From: Promethearchaeota archaeon
Lineage (GTDB): Archaea; Asgardarchaeota; Lokiarchaeia; Sigyniarchaeales; SOKP01
Length of the DNA: 64,000 bases
Assembly (NCBI GenBank): GCA_019057795.1
Contig: JAHLWS010000077.1
Location: forward strand, 134,766-198,765
Direction of reading: 5' to 3'
Part shown: piece after piece, positions 41,601 to 51,936 of the stretch
Layout: each line of letters begins with the position of its first letter
Numbering within the stretch: position 1 is the stretch's first letter
Program-made: the position numbers and the translations under genes
The notes under the pieces: generated by a model
What the model was told of the DNA's origin: nothing
Databases searched by the model: none
Seen by the model: the letters and a program-made list of their open reading frames with translations, nothing else

Positions 41601-42311
41601 ATGTTGAATATGACTAGAAATGATAATGATCCTACATGTCATAAATGCAACTCTATAAATTATTGTGCAGTTGGAAGGGCTAGCAAGATTTTAGATAATT
41701 GTCCCATGAAAATGCATCCCGATATTGAGAAAAAAGCAAAAGAACTTTATAAGAAAGATGAGTTTGTTAAAAGATCAACGGGAGTTGCATCTATTGTTGA
41801 AGCAAAAGGGTATATTCACTGGCCTCGCTTAAAGGATACCATAGAATATGCGAAAGGAATGGGATATACTAAATTAGGTTTAGCTTTCTGTGTAGGAATG
41901 ATTGAAGAAGCAAAAAGAATTGCAGAAATATTGGAAAAATATGGATTTGAAGTCGTATCTGTTTGTTGTAAAACTGGAGCCGTAAAAAAGGTAGATGTGG
42001 GCGTACCTGAAGAATACACTATGATTTCCAAAACAGGCTACACGATCGGGTGGATCACTTGTAATCCAGTAGCTCAAGCACTTCTATTAAATAATTCTTC
42101 CACCGATATGAATGTTCTCGTTGGTCTCTGTGTCGGACACGATATAAACTTTACGCGACTGTCGGAAGCGCCGGTAACGACTTTAATCGCAAAAGATAGA
42201 TCTTCCCCTCATAATCCTGCAGCTATTCTGTTTTCCCACTATGGAAAAGAGTTCTTTGCTGCTGAGCTTAAAAATATAAGACGCTTAGAAATGAAAAAAA
42301 AGAAAGAATAA
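41601..42311 (+). CDS. DUF1847 family Cys-rich metal-binding protein
   Basis: CHKC..C, GLAFCVG, SVCCKTG, CNPVAQA, GLCVGHD and KDR..HNP. Probable start is 41601 or 41610; the frame is open from 41334. Confidence 0.85.
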   Translation: MLNMTRNDNDPTCHKCNSINYCAVGRASKILDNCPMKMHPDIEKKAKELYKKDEFVKRSTGVASIVEAKGYIHWPRLKDTIEYAKGMGYTKLGLAFCVGMIEEAKRIAEILEKYGFEVVSVCCKTGAVKKVDVGVPEEYTMISKTGYTIGWITCNPVAQALLLNNSSTDMNVLVGLCVGHDINFTRLSEAPVTTLIAKDRSSPHNPAAILFSHYGKEFFAAELKNIRRLEMKKKKE

Positions 42312-42356
42312 TGAATAATAACTATTTTTTATTTTTAATTTTTTAACGAAATTTAA

Positions 42357-42887
42357 TTAAAACCAATCTATAAATTCGTCTATCGCTCTTCTTTCCCTTT
42401 CGTCTGTGCTTTTTTCTAAAGCGTCGTCAATTAGTCCTGCAGTAATTATGCCCATTAATTCGTATTTATCATTCGATAGTTTGAAGATTTCATTAATTTT
42501 TTCTTTATTTTTTAAGATTTCGCCTATCCAAACCGCTCCTAATCCCTTAGCGTGAATACATAAAAGCATGTTTTGAATAAAAGCTCCCATCGCTAAAACA
42601 TCCTTTACACGATCGTAAGCTCTTTCTAAGTCTAAGAAGACAACGAAATTAAGATAAGCGCTTTCAATAATTCCTCCGTACTTCGATTGTTCTGCAATCA
42701 TACGCTTAACAGTGGGATGTGAGACAATACAAACTTTCCAAGGCTGGCTATTTTGACCAGAAGGCGCCCATCGACCGCAATCTAATATCTCTCTTATCGT
42801 GTCGTTATCAATTTTCTTATAAATAAAATTTCTGACTGATTTTCGCGACTTAATCAAATCCAACAAATTGTTTGTTTTTGATTCCAT
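42357..42887 (-). CDS. Nitroreductase family protein
   Basis: SRKSVRNF, WAPSGQNSQPW and QNMLL..HAKGLGAVWIG. Confidence 0.92.
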   Translation of the reverse strand: MESKTNNLLDLIKSRKSVRNFIYKKIDNDTIREILDCGRWAPSGQNSQPWKVCIVSHPTVKRMIAEQSKYGGIIESAYLNFVVFLDLERAYDRVKDVLAMGAFIQNMLLCIHAKGLGAVWIGEILKNKEKINEIFKLSNDKYELMGIITAGLIDDALEKSTDERERRAIDEFIDWF

Positions 42888-42996
42888 ATTTTAAGAATTT
42901 GTTATAAAGAAATTTATACTTTTGCTTAAATGTTGTATGAAACATGAAACAATCAAATTAAAATAAGTATAAATGATTCTACAATTTGATTTTAAT

Positions 42997-44676
42997 ATGG
43001 CTGAATGGAAGTATAAATGGTGGCAAAAAACTACAGTATATCAAATCTACCCTCGATCATTTAAAGATAGTACTGGTAATGGTATTGGAGATTTACAGGG
43101 GATAATTTCAAAATTAGATTATTTAGAAGAGTTAGGCATAGAAACCATATGGTTTAGCCCCTTTTTTGATTCTCCTCAACAAGATCACGGTTATGACATT
43201 AGAGATTTCCGTAGTATCGCACCGGAATATGGGACATTAAAAGATTTTAATCAACTCCTAAAGGAAATGCACGATAGAAACATGAAAATGGTTTTGGATT
43301 TCGTTCTTAATCATACATCTATTGATCATCCATGGTTCATTGAATCTGCTTCAAGTAGGGACAATCCAAAGCGTAATTGGTATATATGGCGTGATGGCAA
43401 AAAATCTGGTGGTAGGAAGCCACCAAACAATTGGACTACAATGACTGGAGGTTGTGCTTGGTTATATTACGAAAACACTGATCAATGGGTTTATTTCCAT
43501 TTTTTGCCGAGCATGATTGATTTAAATTATCGTAATCCTGAAGTAAAGGAGGAAATGTTTAATACGATGCGTTTTTGGTTAGATAAAGGAGTTGATGGAT
43601 TTCGATTAGACATTCTTCATGCTATTTATGAAGATGAACATTTAATAAATGATAAATTTAGTTGGACAATCATTCCTTCAGACAAAAAAGTGGATACGCT
43701 TTTTCATAAGCACAAATACGATTTAAACCTACCTGAAACCTTTGATTTTGCTCTGGAATTAAGAGAAGTAATGGATGAGTATGAACCTGAAAGATTTCTT
43801 GTAGGTGAGGTTTTTGGTTCCATTGAGGAGATTAAAAAGTATTATGGCCCTAATAACAATGGATTGCACATGTGTTTTTTATTCGAGTTTGCTTCAACAC
43901 CGTTTGACCCAAAAAAATACATAAGCTTATTATCAAGGATTGAAAAAGCATTGCCATTTCCGTTTACTCCAACTTTTGTTTATGGAAACCATGATATAGA
44001 TCGTTACATATCTCTTTTAAAAAACAATTTTCATAAAGCAAAAATTCTCGCAACTATGCAATTAACCTTAAGAGGTGTTCCATTTATTTATTATGGGGAA
44101 AAGATTGGGATGCCCAACGTTAGGTTCAAGCTAAAAACTAGTGAGGATCCAATTGGACGTAAATTTTCATGGTTTCCAATGCCGCAATTAAGTAGGTTAA
44201 TTGGTTTTTCTTTAACTCGAGATCGCTGTAGAACTCCAATGCAGTGGAATAATGAGAAAAATGCAGGATTCTCCTCTAATATCGAAATCGAACCTTGGTT
44301 AAAAGTTTCAGATACTTTCGAGAAAATAAATGTTGAAAAAGAACAAAAGAATCCTGCTTCATTGTTAAACTGCTACAAAAGACTATTAAAAGTTAGAAAA
44401 GAAAATATAGCATTACAAGAAGGTGAATTGCAGCTTATTGAAAATGAGAAATTGGAGAGGACTTATATTTCTTATACTAGAGGCCATAAAACTCAAAAAA
44501 TCTTTATATATTTAAATTTTACAAAGAAAGAATTATTAATAAAAACTCCTATAGAAAAACCAGAACTTTTATTCTCAACATTATCGAATAGAAAAGGTAT
44601 AGATACTGAAGCGTATAATGGAAATATTAAATTAACTCCTTTAGAAGGTATAATTTTTAAAAAAAATAAAAAATAA
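42997..44676 (+). CDS. Alpha-glucosidase/oligo-1,6-glucosidase, GH13
   Basis: WWQ..VYQIYPRSFKDS.GNGIGDLQG, DFVLNHTS, GVDGFRLD, VGEV, NHD and RDRCRTPMQW. Start set at MAEWKY; the ORF is open from 42973. Confidence 0.93.
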   Translation: MAEWKYKWWQKTTVYQIYPRSFKDSTGNGIGDLQGIISKLDYLEELGIETIWFSPFFDSPQQDHGYDIRDFRSIAPEYGTLKDFNQLLKEMHDRNMKMVLDFVLNHTSIDHPWFIESASSRDNPKRNWYIWRDGKKSGGRKPPNNWTTMTGGCAWLYYENTDQWVYFHFLPSMIDLNYRNPEVKEEMFNTMRFWLDKGVDGFRLDILHAIYEDEHLINDKFSWTIIPSDKKVDTLFHKHKYDLNLPETFDFALELREVMDEYEPERFLVGEVFGSIEEIKKYYGPNNNGLHMCFLFEFASTPFDPKKYISLLSRIEKALPFPFTPTFVYGNHDIDRYISLLKNNFHKAKILATMQLTLRGVPFIYYGEKIGMPNVRFKLKTSEDPIGRKFSWFPMPQLSRLIGFSLTRDRCRTPMQWNNEKNAGFSSNIEIEPWLKVSDTFEKINVEKEQKNPASLLNCYKRLLKVRKENIALQEGELQLIENEKLERTYISYTRGHKTQKIFIYLNFTKKELLIKTPIEKPELLFSTLSNRKGIDTEAYNGNIKLTPLEGIIFKKNKK

Positions 44677-44695
44677 AATTGAGTAAGAATTAAAA

Positions 44696-45235
44696 TTATT
44701 CTTTTTTTATTTCAATATCCTTTGCATCGTCTTCTAAAACATCATAGTATTCAATATCGCCAAAGCCACCAGTTGTAACGTCCTTCCAATGCACTTTTAG
44801 TGGCATGCCGATATATGCGTCTTTAAAGTCTATATTGGGTTCTAATTGAGACATATGAGTCGTGTCAGAACCGTCTTGGTGAATACACACTATTGGTTTT
44901 TCTAACACTTCCCCCGTTTCAGGATCTTTGAGATATATAATTGTATAAGTGGCCACTCGAGCAGTATCGCGTAAATCTACCCATCGATCAGGTTTAACCA
45001 TACACTTTCCACATACTAATCTGGGGGGGAAAAATACTCTATTGCAACTCCGACATTCGTTTCCTACAAGTTTCTTCTGTTTTAATTTCTCTAAAAAGGG
45101 AGTCATATGAGTAATGTTAAATTTAAATGTGTAACTTGCCAAGTACCACTTGCCTGGCATCGTTCTAGTTCTAACATAATCCTTTTTTATATAATCCATA
45201 GATTTTCTTTGTGTTTGTTTTGACACTTTTTTCAA
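44696..45235 (-). CDS. DUF35 Zn-ribbon/OB-fold acyl-CoA-binding protein
   Basis: CRSC..VFFPPRLVCGKC and IGMPLKVHW. Confidence 0.88.
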   Translation of the reverse strand: MKKVSKQTQRKSMDYIKKDYVRTRTMPGKWYLASYTFKFNITHMTPFLEKLKQKKLVGNECRSCNRVFFPPRLVCGKCMVKPDRWVDLRDTARVATYTIIYLKDPETGEVLEKPIVCIHQDGSDTTHMSQLEPNIDFKDAYIGMPLKVHWKDVTTGGFGDIEYYDVLEDDAKDIEIKKE

Positions 45236-45244
45236 CCTCCAAAT

Positions 45245-46492
45245 TTATTTAAATTTACGAGCTGGTTCATCTGACATCACCATCATTGTAATTAAATTAA
45301 TAATCCCACCCCAACCGTGACCTAAAGCCGTATGAACAGTTTTAGGGACTTGGTTACTGGCTTTTCCCATTATCTGGAGAGCTGCTTCAGCTGGTCTTTC
45401 CATCGCTGAAGCCCCTATAGCATTTGTTGAGTTTACTCCACCAGAGCAATTTATTGGAAGTTCTCCGTTTAATGCAGTTACTCCACTCTCATACATAGAA
45501 GAAGCAGTATTTTCTTCAAATAAACCTAACCTTTCAACCCACATTAATTCTTGATTGGGAAAGGGGGCATAAACTTCAGCGTAATCAATTTCCTTATTAG
45601 GAAAAGAAATTCCAGACTGATTAAAAGCTAATTCTGCTGACTTCATAGCGCCTAGTTGTTCCGAAGGATCTAATTGCCCAGCACCACTTCCATTATATCC
45701 TAAAATAGCAGTTTCATGCGAAACACTCGCAACACCATTTACATAAACGGGAACATCACACATATCTTTAGCTTTTTCCTCTGTTGTAAACAACATAGCA
45801 CAAGCTCCATCTGAGGCAGGACAAACCATACCGTATCTTAAAGGGAAAGATATGTAAGGTGTGTCTAGTACCTGTTCAATTGTAAGATCTGGCATTTTTA
45901 AGTGTGTCCACCAGGTTTTTGCAGCATTATGACGGTTTTGGACTACAACTCTAGCTAAATCTTCTTCAGTTATACTGCTTCTACGCATGTAATTCGCCGC
46001 TTGATATGATGCGATACCGATCGCAGCGCCACCAGATAACAAACGTGTTAATTCCTCGTAAGGCATACCTAATGAATTAAGGACAGATATTTCACCATAT
46101 GCTACACTTGCTAACCCTACGCTCGTAGTGCCTATGGATTGCTGTTCAAATGCTACTGCTAAAACAGTATCAACGCCAGGGATACCTGCTGTTACATTAT
46201 AATATCCCGAAATGGCCACCGATCCTCCAGTTGTCCCTCCAGTTGTCACTCTCATTAATGGTTTATTCCTTGCTCCCATCCAATCCGTCATCCAAAGTTC
46301 TGGAACGTTAGCGCCTTCAAATGCGGGCATATTCCCATTAACAAAAGCATCAATATCTTCGATTCCCACACTAGGGACATTCTTTAAGCAATCAAGAATA
46401 GCTTCACTTACTAGTTCTGGCATACTTACATCGGTGCGTTTTGAAGCATGTTCACTAAAACCAGCCGAAACTACAGCTACTTGTCTCCCCAT
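45245..46492 (-). CDS. Thiolase-fold protein, Ltp3/SCP-x-like
   Basis: RVTTGGTTGGS at the usual Cys position, CPASDGACA, AEVYAPF, PINCSGG, NAIGAS and LGHGWGG. Confidence 0.85.
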   Translation of the reverse strand: MGRQVAVVSAGFSEHASKRTDVSMPELVSEAILDCLKNVPSVGIEDIDAFVNGNMPAFEGANVPELWMTDWMGARNKPLMRVTTGGTTGGSVAISGYYNVTAGIPGVDTVLAVAFEQQSIGTTSVGLASVAYGEISVLNSLGMPYEELTRLLSGGAAIGIASYQAANYMRRSSITEEDLARVVVQNRHNAAKTWWTHLKMPDLTIEQVLDTPYISFPLRYGMVCPASDGACAMLFTTEEKAKDMCDVPVYVNGVASVSHETAILGYNGSGAGQLDPSEQLGAMKSAELAFNQSGISFPNKEIDYAEVYAPFPNQELMWVERLGLFEENTASSMYESGVTALNGELPINCSGGVNSTNAIGASAMERPAEAALQIMGKASNQVPKTVHTALGHGWGGIINLITMMVMSDEPARKFK

Positions 46493-46494
46493 TT

Positions 46495-47637
46495 TTAATT
46501 ACCTCCCTCCAACACATATATTATATTATTTTGAGCACACATTCCAATTTGACCAGAAGCAATAGCCTTTTTAGCATCTTTAACTTGATATCCGTTAGCT
46601 TCTCCTCTTAATTGTTTAACTGCTTCTATTATTCTTATTAAACCTGTTGCACATGGAGGGTTACCTCCAAGAGCGCCTCCTGAAGGATTAATCGGAAGAT
46701 CTCCATTAATCTCATAGTTTAGATTGCTCCCCTGACCTTTTTCTGCTAATCCAAGAGCTTCACTAAAAATGAGTTCTTCGTGAGCGTACATTTCAAATAA
46801 TTCAGCCACATCTATTTCATCTTTGGGGTTCTTTATTCCTGCAGCTTTAAACGCCATCTTTCCAGCTAATTCCATAGATTTAGAAGTAGATAAATCTCTA
46901 TCGCCTAGATAATATGCCTCTTGATTGTATCCTACTCCAGTAATCCAAACGGGTTTGTCTGTAATTTTCAAAGCTTGTTTTTCTGGAGCTAATATTAAAG
47001 CAGCTACCCCATCACAAGGAGGAGATACCATAAGTCCAGTGACAGGATCTGCATAATTATCAGATTCTAAAACATCCTTCGTTGTCAAATTTGGATATCG
47101 AGCTTCTTTTAGAGACGAAGGGTTTTTAGCAGCGTTCTTTCTATTATTTACTGCTACTTTAGCAATGTCTTCTGCAGATACGCCATATTTTTCCATATAT
47201 GCTCTCATTTGGAAGCCTGCCGATGTGATATCGTTTACCAAAGCATTAGGTCGCTCCCAAGTTGGGTCCGTTTCAAATAACCTGGCAGAATGGTAAGGAA
47301 AGCAAGATGCCATACTTCCCCCCCAGATCACTGCTAATTTGTGGTTCCCAGATAAGATCCTCATTAAACCATATAAAACAGCGTGGGCCCCATCCATTTC
47401 TACTTTTGATTCGTCAGCTAAATACGCACCACCCACTTCTACAGGAAACGCATTAGAGATGGTTCTTCCGTCGTAATAATCATTAGTGCAAGATATGACC
47501 GTAGTAATTTCCTTCTTTTTTAAACCAGCGTTATCTAAAGCGCCCCTAACTGCTTCAAAAATAACCTCATATCGACCATAATTAGATTCTGACTGCAGTT
47601 GTACTTGATAATAACCTACAATTCCTACTTTTTCCAC
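46495..47637 (-). CDS. Thiolase-fold protein, Ltp4/SCP-x-like
   Basis: DYYDGRTIS, ESKVEMDGAHA, PPCDGVAA, DVAEL and INPSGGAL. Confidence 0.85.
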   Translation of the reverse strand: MEKVGIVGYYQVQLQSESNYGRYEVIFEAVRGALDNAGLKKKEITTVISCTNDYYDGRTISNAFPVEVGGAYLADESKVEMDGAHAVLYGLMRILSGNHKLAVIWGGSMASCFPYHSARLFETDPTWERPNALVNDITSAGFQMRAYMEKYGVSAEDIAKVAVNNRKNAAKNPSSLKEARYPNLTTKDVLESDNYADPVTGLMVSPPCDGVAALILAPEKQALKITDKPVWITGVGYNQEAYYLGDRDLSTSKSMELAGKMAFKAAGIKNPKDEIDVAELFEMYAHEELIFSEALGLAEKGQGSNLNYEINGDLPINPSGGALGGNPPCATGLIRIIEAVKQLRGEANGYQVKDAKKAIASGQIGMCAQNNIIYVLEGGN

Positions 47638-47652
47638 TTATCATCTCACCTC

Positions 47653-48114
47653 TCAAATTTTAACGAAACCCTTAATATCTGAAGGGTCTCCTTTAGGTTT
47701 TTCGCTCCATTCTATTTTAACCTTCATCCCAATTTTAACTTCCTCTGGTTTTACGTTTAACAATCGATAAATTATTGCTGTATTGCTCCCATCAATTTGT
47801 ACCATGCCAACAACTTGAGGTTTAGCCTTTCTTGAAGTTCTATCGTTAACTCTATATGGCGTGATGGTATAATTCTTTAAGATACCCGTATCAGGCAAAT
47901 CAACCCAATTCTCTTCTAGTGGAATTACTATGTTACATTTTCCACATATCTTTCTGGGAGGAACAAAAACATCACCGCATTTTTGGCATTTATTACCAAC
48001 TAGTTTCTTTTTTTCAAAATTATCGTAAAATTTGTCCATGTATCGACCGACCCAGAAGTTAAAATCTGCCCGAACCATACCCTTATTTGCAACAATTACT
48101 TTATTTTCACTCAT
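47653..48114 (-). CDS. DUF35 Zn-ribbon/OB-fold acyl-CoA-binding protein
   Basis: CQKC..VFVPPRKICGKC and VKIGMKVKIEW. Confidence 0.9.
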   Translation of the reverse strand: MSENKVIVANKGMVRADFNFWVGRYMDKFYDNFEKKKLVGNKCQKCGDVFVPPRKICGKCNIVIPLEENWVDLPDTGILKNYTITPYRVNDRTSRKAKPQVVGMVQIDGSNTAIIYRLLNVKPEEVKIGMKVKIEWSEKPKGDPSDIKGFVKI

Positions 48115-48309
48115 TTTGATTTCGGTTTTTTTTTAATTATTATAACGAATAATATGATCAAATGTATTAAAAACTTTTTTTCTGAATTTTTAAAAAAATA
48201 ATTATCTAAATAATATAATATCTGAATGTCATAATGTTTAAAGTGAGCTTATTCATATTATACTCCCAACAGCAAGATGATTTAAAAAAAAGTTGGTCGT
48301 GATAAATAA

Positions 48310-48651
48310 TTGGGTAGATTATGGAAAAAAGAAGAAAATCAACTTTTAGGTTCCCCAGAAGAAACCATGGGGTTTTCCCGAGAGTTTTCTTCGTTTAAAC
48401 AAAGTTTTGTCATTAAAAAGTATGATTTCTCTTCTCTTGAGCAAGTCGAAGAAATTAAAAAGGAACTTCTCGGCAAAAGAATTCTAATATTAAACGCGAA
48501 AGATATTCTTCAAAATATTGACGTCACTCAACTAAAAAGAGGGATTGAAGATTTAAAATCGTTTTTAAGAGAGAATGGTGGTTCTATGGCCCGTCTTGGA
48601 GACCAGTACTTAATCCTAACTCCGAACTCTTATGTAAAGATTTCAAATTAA
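48310..48651 (+). CDS. sepF: Archaeal-type cell division protein SepF
   Basis: SLEQVEEIKKEL..KRILILN, LKRGIEDLK and GGSMARLGDQYLILTP. Confidence 0.78.
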   Translation: MGRLWKKEENQLLGSPEETMGFSREFSSFKQSFVIKKYDFSSLEQVEEIKKELLGKRILILNAKDILQNIDVTQLKRGIEDLKSFLRENGGSMARLGDQYLILTPNSYVKISN

Positions 48652-48718
48652 TTTCAAAAGATTTTATCTTCTTTTCTTCTTTAGATTTAAGGAATTTGCT
48701 TTTTAGGAACCTTTGTTT

Positions 48719-49759
48719 TTATAGATTAAGGTTAACATTGATTAGACGGATGACTATATCTTTTAAAATAGGTGTGAGATCATTTTTCAAAGCTTGTCCA
48801 TCTAATTCTAAATCGGAATTTCTTGTATTATATTCCATTAAAGCATTGGAAATTAGTGTTTCTAGATGATCTTTTTGTACTTGGTTTTTTACATTATCAG
48901 TTAGTCCACTAATTATATCCTCTGCAAAACATTTAATCATATTATCTTTAAATTCTGCGAATTTATAAAATGAGCCGAATCGAAGATAAGACGATAAGAA
49001 TTGACTAACTGCTTTTTCAATTTCACTGGGTAAAATCTGTTTTTTAATAATACAATAAGTTTTAATCATTCTTTCTAACAGAGAGCCATGAAATTCGTAA
49101 ATTATTTCTTTTTTAGATTTAACATTTTTAATTAATTGCTTATTTTTCATTACTTCTTCTTCTTTTCTTGAAAATAAGACATCTTCATAATCTTTTACAA
49201 TTAGATTTGACAGAGCAGAACGCAAGATTATAATATTTACATCAATTTTATTACTTCCTTGGAAGTGTGTAGGAACATTATGCATGTGTCTAAGCAAAAT
49301 GTCGTCTATATTTAGGTTTTTAGTATCATAAGGACTAAAAAATATTTCATATAAGGCGCTAAAGTTATATTCTTGAATATTTTTTTTCATTAATGTTCTC
49401 AAATATTTATTAATATCAAGGAAAAATCGAAAAATGCAATCGTCAATAGCAAGCGCTAAGTTGTTTTGTGGATATTGCGCTCTGATAAGATATTTCTTGT
49501 ATTCTAATCGGATTTTTTGAGCCCTTATCCATTCTATAGCGAAATCTAACAAACCTTTCCCGATTATAATTTTATCTTTAAAATACAGAAGAATACCATA
49601 AAGTTCTTCATAAGACGACCCAATAGATTGATTGAAAAGAAATTTTGCTATCACGTTTAATTGGTCTTGATCTTTAGACTGCCTTTTAATCCTGTTGTAA
49701 TAAGAAATCAGTCTTTCTTTGTCAATTTTGTACCTGTTTTCAAACTCCATACATTCCAT
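48719..49759 (-). CDS. Hypothetical, predicted mostly alpha-helical protein
   Basis: 346-aa ORF with no recognised motif, 23 bp downstream of the co-oriented upstream gene. Confidence 0.7.
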   Translation of the reverse strand: MECMEFENRYKIDKERLISYYNRIKRQSKDQDQLNVIAKFLFNQSIGSSYEELYGILLYFKDKIIIGKGLLDFAIEWIRAQKIRLEYKKYLIRAQYPQNNLALAIDDCIFRFFLDINKYLRTLMKKNIQEYNFSALYEIFFSPYDTKNLNIDDILLRHMHNVPTHFQGSNKIDVNIIILRSALSNLIVKDYEDVLFSRKEEEVMKNKQLIKNVKSKKEIIYEFHGSLLERMIKTYCIIKKQILPSEIEKAVSQFLSSYLRFGSFYKFAEFKDNMIKCFAEDIISGLTDNVKNQVQKDHLETLISNALMEYNTRNSDLELDGQALKNDLTPILKDIVIRLINVNLNL

Positions 49760-49782
49760 TTTTTTTATTATTATTATTATTT

Positions 49783-50811
49783 TTAATTATCAAGGTCTGC
49801 TTCCAACTCGTTAAGACTCTCATTAGAAAGAGTATCCCATCTTTTAAATCCAAAACTAGGATTTATTTTTACCATTATATCATGAACATCCTTGTTACTA
49901 TCCAAAATTAATCGTAAATTTTTTCTATAGAAAGCAATGTTATTCAAATTGTTAAAAATTTCATCATCTTCAATTAGAATAACGCCATAGCTCTTTTTTA
50001 TATTTTTTTCAACAACATATTCTTCTAAATAAATCACTTTTTTCTCATGAGAATGTAATTTAATTAATCTAATATTAGGATATATTGTGGTGACATTGAA
50101 TAACTTTAAAGTCTCATCTATTAACTTTTCATAGTAATCAGGTAAAATCGCCATAATATAATAAGAAGGGATAAATTCTAAACATTTCTTTCTTAACAAG
50201 TTATCCTTATCAAAAGTAAACAAATTTGATGCTTTATAGTATTTAGATACTGTCCTTTCAATTAATCCTACACAATAATAATTATGTTGTTCTTCCCAGT
50301 ACACTTTTCTTGATGATCCAAGAGAATAATCGATTAAATTTAAACCTCGGGTTAATTCTTTCTGGATAAATTTAGAATACTTAAATTTGCTTCCTAAAAA
50401 ATTCTCCTCTACAATCTTTCCTTGCATTATAGCAGGGAGGATATATTCACTTAATTCGTCACCAATCTCCTTAATATCTTCTGTGTAAGGAGATGCTATT
50501 AATGCTGAAAGATTAGCTACCCCATCTTCACTCTCATTCGAAACATTTATATTAAAAAAGGATTGAAATGTTTTCTCGTTATATGAGCCTAGATTCTGTA
50601 AAAGTAAGGCCGATTCAACTAGATCAATATTCCAAGGATTTCCTTTATTACACATTTCAGTTAAAAATACAGGTCCTAAATATTTAAAAGAGAGCATTTT
50701 CAAATTATTCTCTCTTTCTTCAGTTAGACCCTCAGAAATTTTGATTTTATCATAAACCATTTCATTTTCATTTGCGAAAAACAATCCTAAAATTGCATTA
50801 ATATTATTCAT
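49783..50811 (-). CDS. Hypothetical protein, possibly tandem longin-like domains
   Basis: 342-aa ORF. The hydrophobic pattern suggests two beta-beta-alpha-beta-beta-beta-alpha units (inference). Confidence 0.65.
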   Translation of the reverse strand: MNNINAILGLFFANENEMVYDKIKISEGLTEERENNLKMLSFKYLGPVFLTEMCNKGNPWNIDLVESALLLQNLGSYNEKTFQSFFNINVSNESEDGVANLSALIASPYTEDIKEIGDELSEYILPAIMQGKIVEENFLGSKFKYSKFIQKELTRGLNLIDYSLGSSRKVYWEEQHNYYCVGLIERTVSKYYKASNLFTFDKDNLLRKKCLEFIPSYYIMAILPDYYEKLIDETLKLFNVTTIYPNIRLIKLHSHEKKVIYLEEYVVEKNIKKSYGVILIEDDEIFNNLNNIAFYRKNLRLILDSNKDVHDIMVKINPSFGFKRWDTLSNESLNELEADLDN

Positions 50812-50992
50812 TTATAAGAGACAAATAACTATTGGTTAATTTTAATTCTAATATTAATTACTAATTCATCACTTTATATCTTGGTTTTAAATAACTTGAT
50901 TGTACTATAATCAGTAACAATTACTATGATAAAGGTCTATAAAAATTTATAAGAATCTAAAGTAGAAATAAAATTATTTCTTGGAATCCGTT

Positions 50993-51805
50993 TCACTCAA
51001 AAATCTTTACTTTCTTTTTTGAACGAGGAGGAACGCGATAATACTTGTTATCCGCATATCCAATTATAAATGCAGTTACCAGACTACCTTGTATCTTGGC
51101 CAATTTTTTTAGCGCGGGATTCCTGTGAAATGCTAAGTGGGTCCAGCCATTCCAACAAGTGCCTAACCCGAGCGATTGGGCAGCTAACCTCCCGTAGGTG
51201 ATAATATTTCCAATATTAAAACCTCCCATCATCATGTTGAGATTTGAGGACACGAATATCACGTGAGGCGCGTCAAAATAAGCAGGGCTTCGCATCTCTT
51301 TTGCGAGAATTTCTAGTTGTCTGCTGAATTGCTTCTTTAAAGAGGGATCCTTGTTGAATTCTTCTACAATCGCATCAGACATCTTTTTAATCAAATCTGA
51401 ATCGGAAATTAAAACAAAATTTTCAGGTCTCATGTTAGCTGCTGTGGGAGCATATTCCATCGCCTTAATAACTTTATTCAAAATTTCTATAGGCACTTTA
51501 TCTTTCTTATATCTACGAATTGAACGATTTCCTGCGAGAAACTTGAACATATTTTCATAAGGTACAAGGGAAGAAAGCTCGCCAATTTCGCCGAAAGTGA
51601 AACTTTCTCCCATGTTTTCGTAAATTATAGCATCTTCAGGGCATTGTGCAATACATTGCCCACATAATATGCATTTTTTCTCGGGATCAAAAATGATCTT
51701 ATTATCTGCTTTATTGCTTTTGGAATATACTTCTAAGGACGGACAAGCACTTATACAAATCTCACAACTGATACATTTCTCGTAATCAATCCCAATTATT
51801 GGCAT
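50993..51805 (-). CDS. Nitroreductase with N-terminal 2x[4Fe-4S] ferredoxin domain
   Basis: CISCEICISACP, CILCGQCIAQCP, RSIRRY, APTAAN and GLGTCWNG. Confidence 0.92.
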   Translation of the reverse strand: MPIIGIDYEKCISCEICISACPSLEVYSKSNKADNKIIFDPEKKCILCGQCIAQCPEDAIIYENMGESFTFGEIGELSSLVPYENMFKFLAGNRSIRRYKKDKVPIEILNKVIKAMEYAPTAANMRPENFVLISDSDLIKKMSDAIVEEFNKDPSLKKQFSRQLEILAKEMRSPAYFDAPHVIFVSSNLNMMMGGFNIGNIITYGRLAAQSLGLGTCWNGWTHLAFHRNPALKKLAKIQGSLVTAFIIGYADNKYYRVPPRSKKKVKIFE

Positions 51806-51936
51806 TTTAACACACTCGAAAATTTATTAAATTTTATTAAAAATACAATTTTAAAGAATAATTCTAAATGAATTAATCAACCTTTAAATTTTATTGTATA
51901 ATATTTTATATCAATTAGATGTTTTAGAGTGATTAA

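Noticed and set aside
49760-49785. Short (TTA)n run between the two hypothetical genes
   Set aside because: Low-complexity AT-rich spacer, expected by chance at this base composition.
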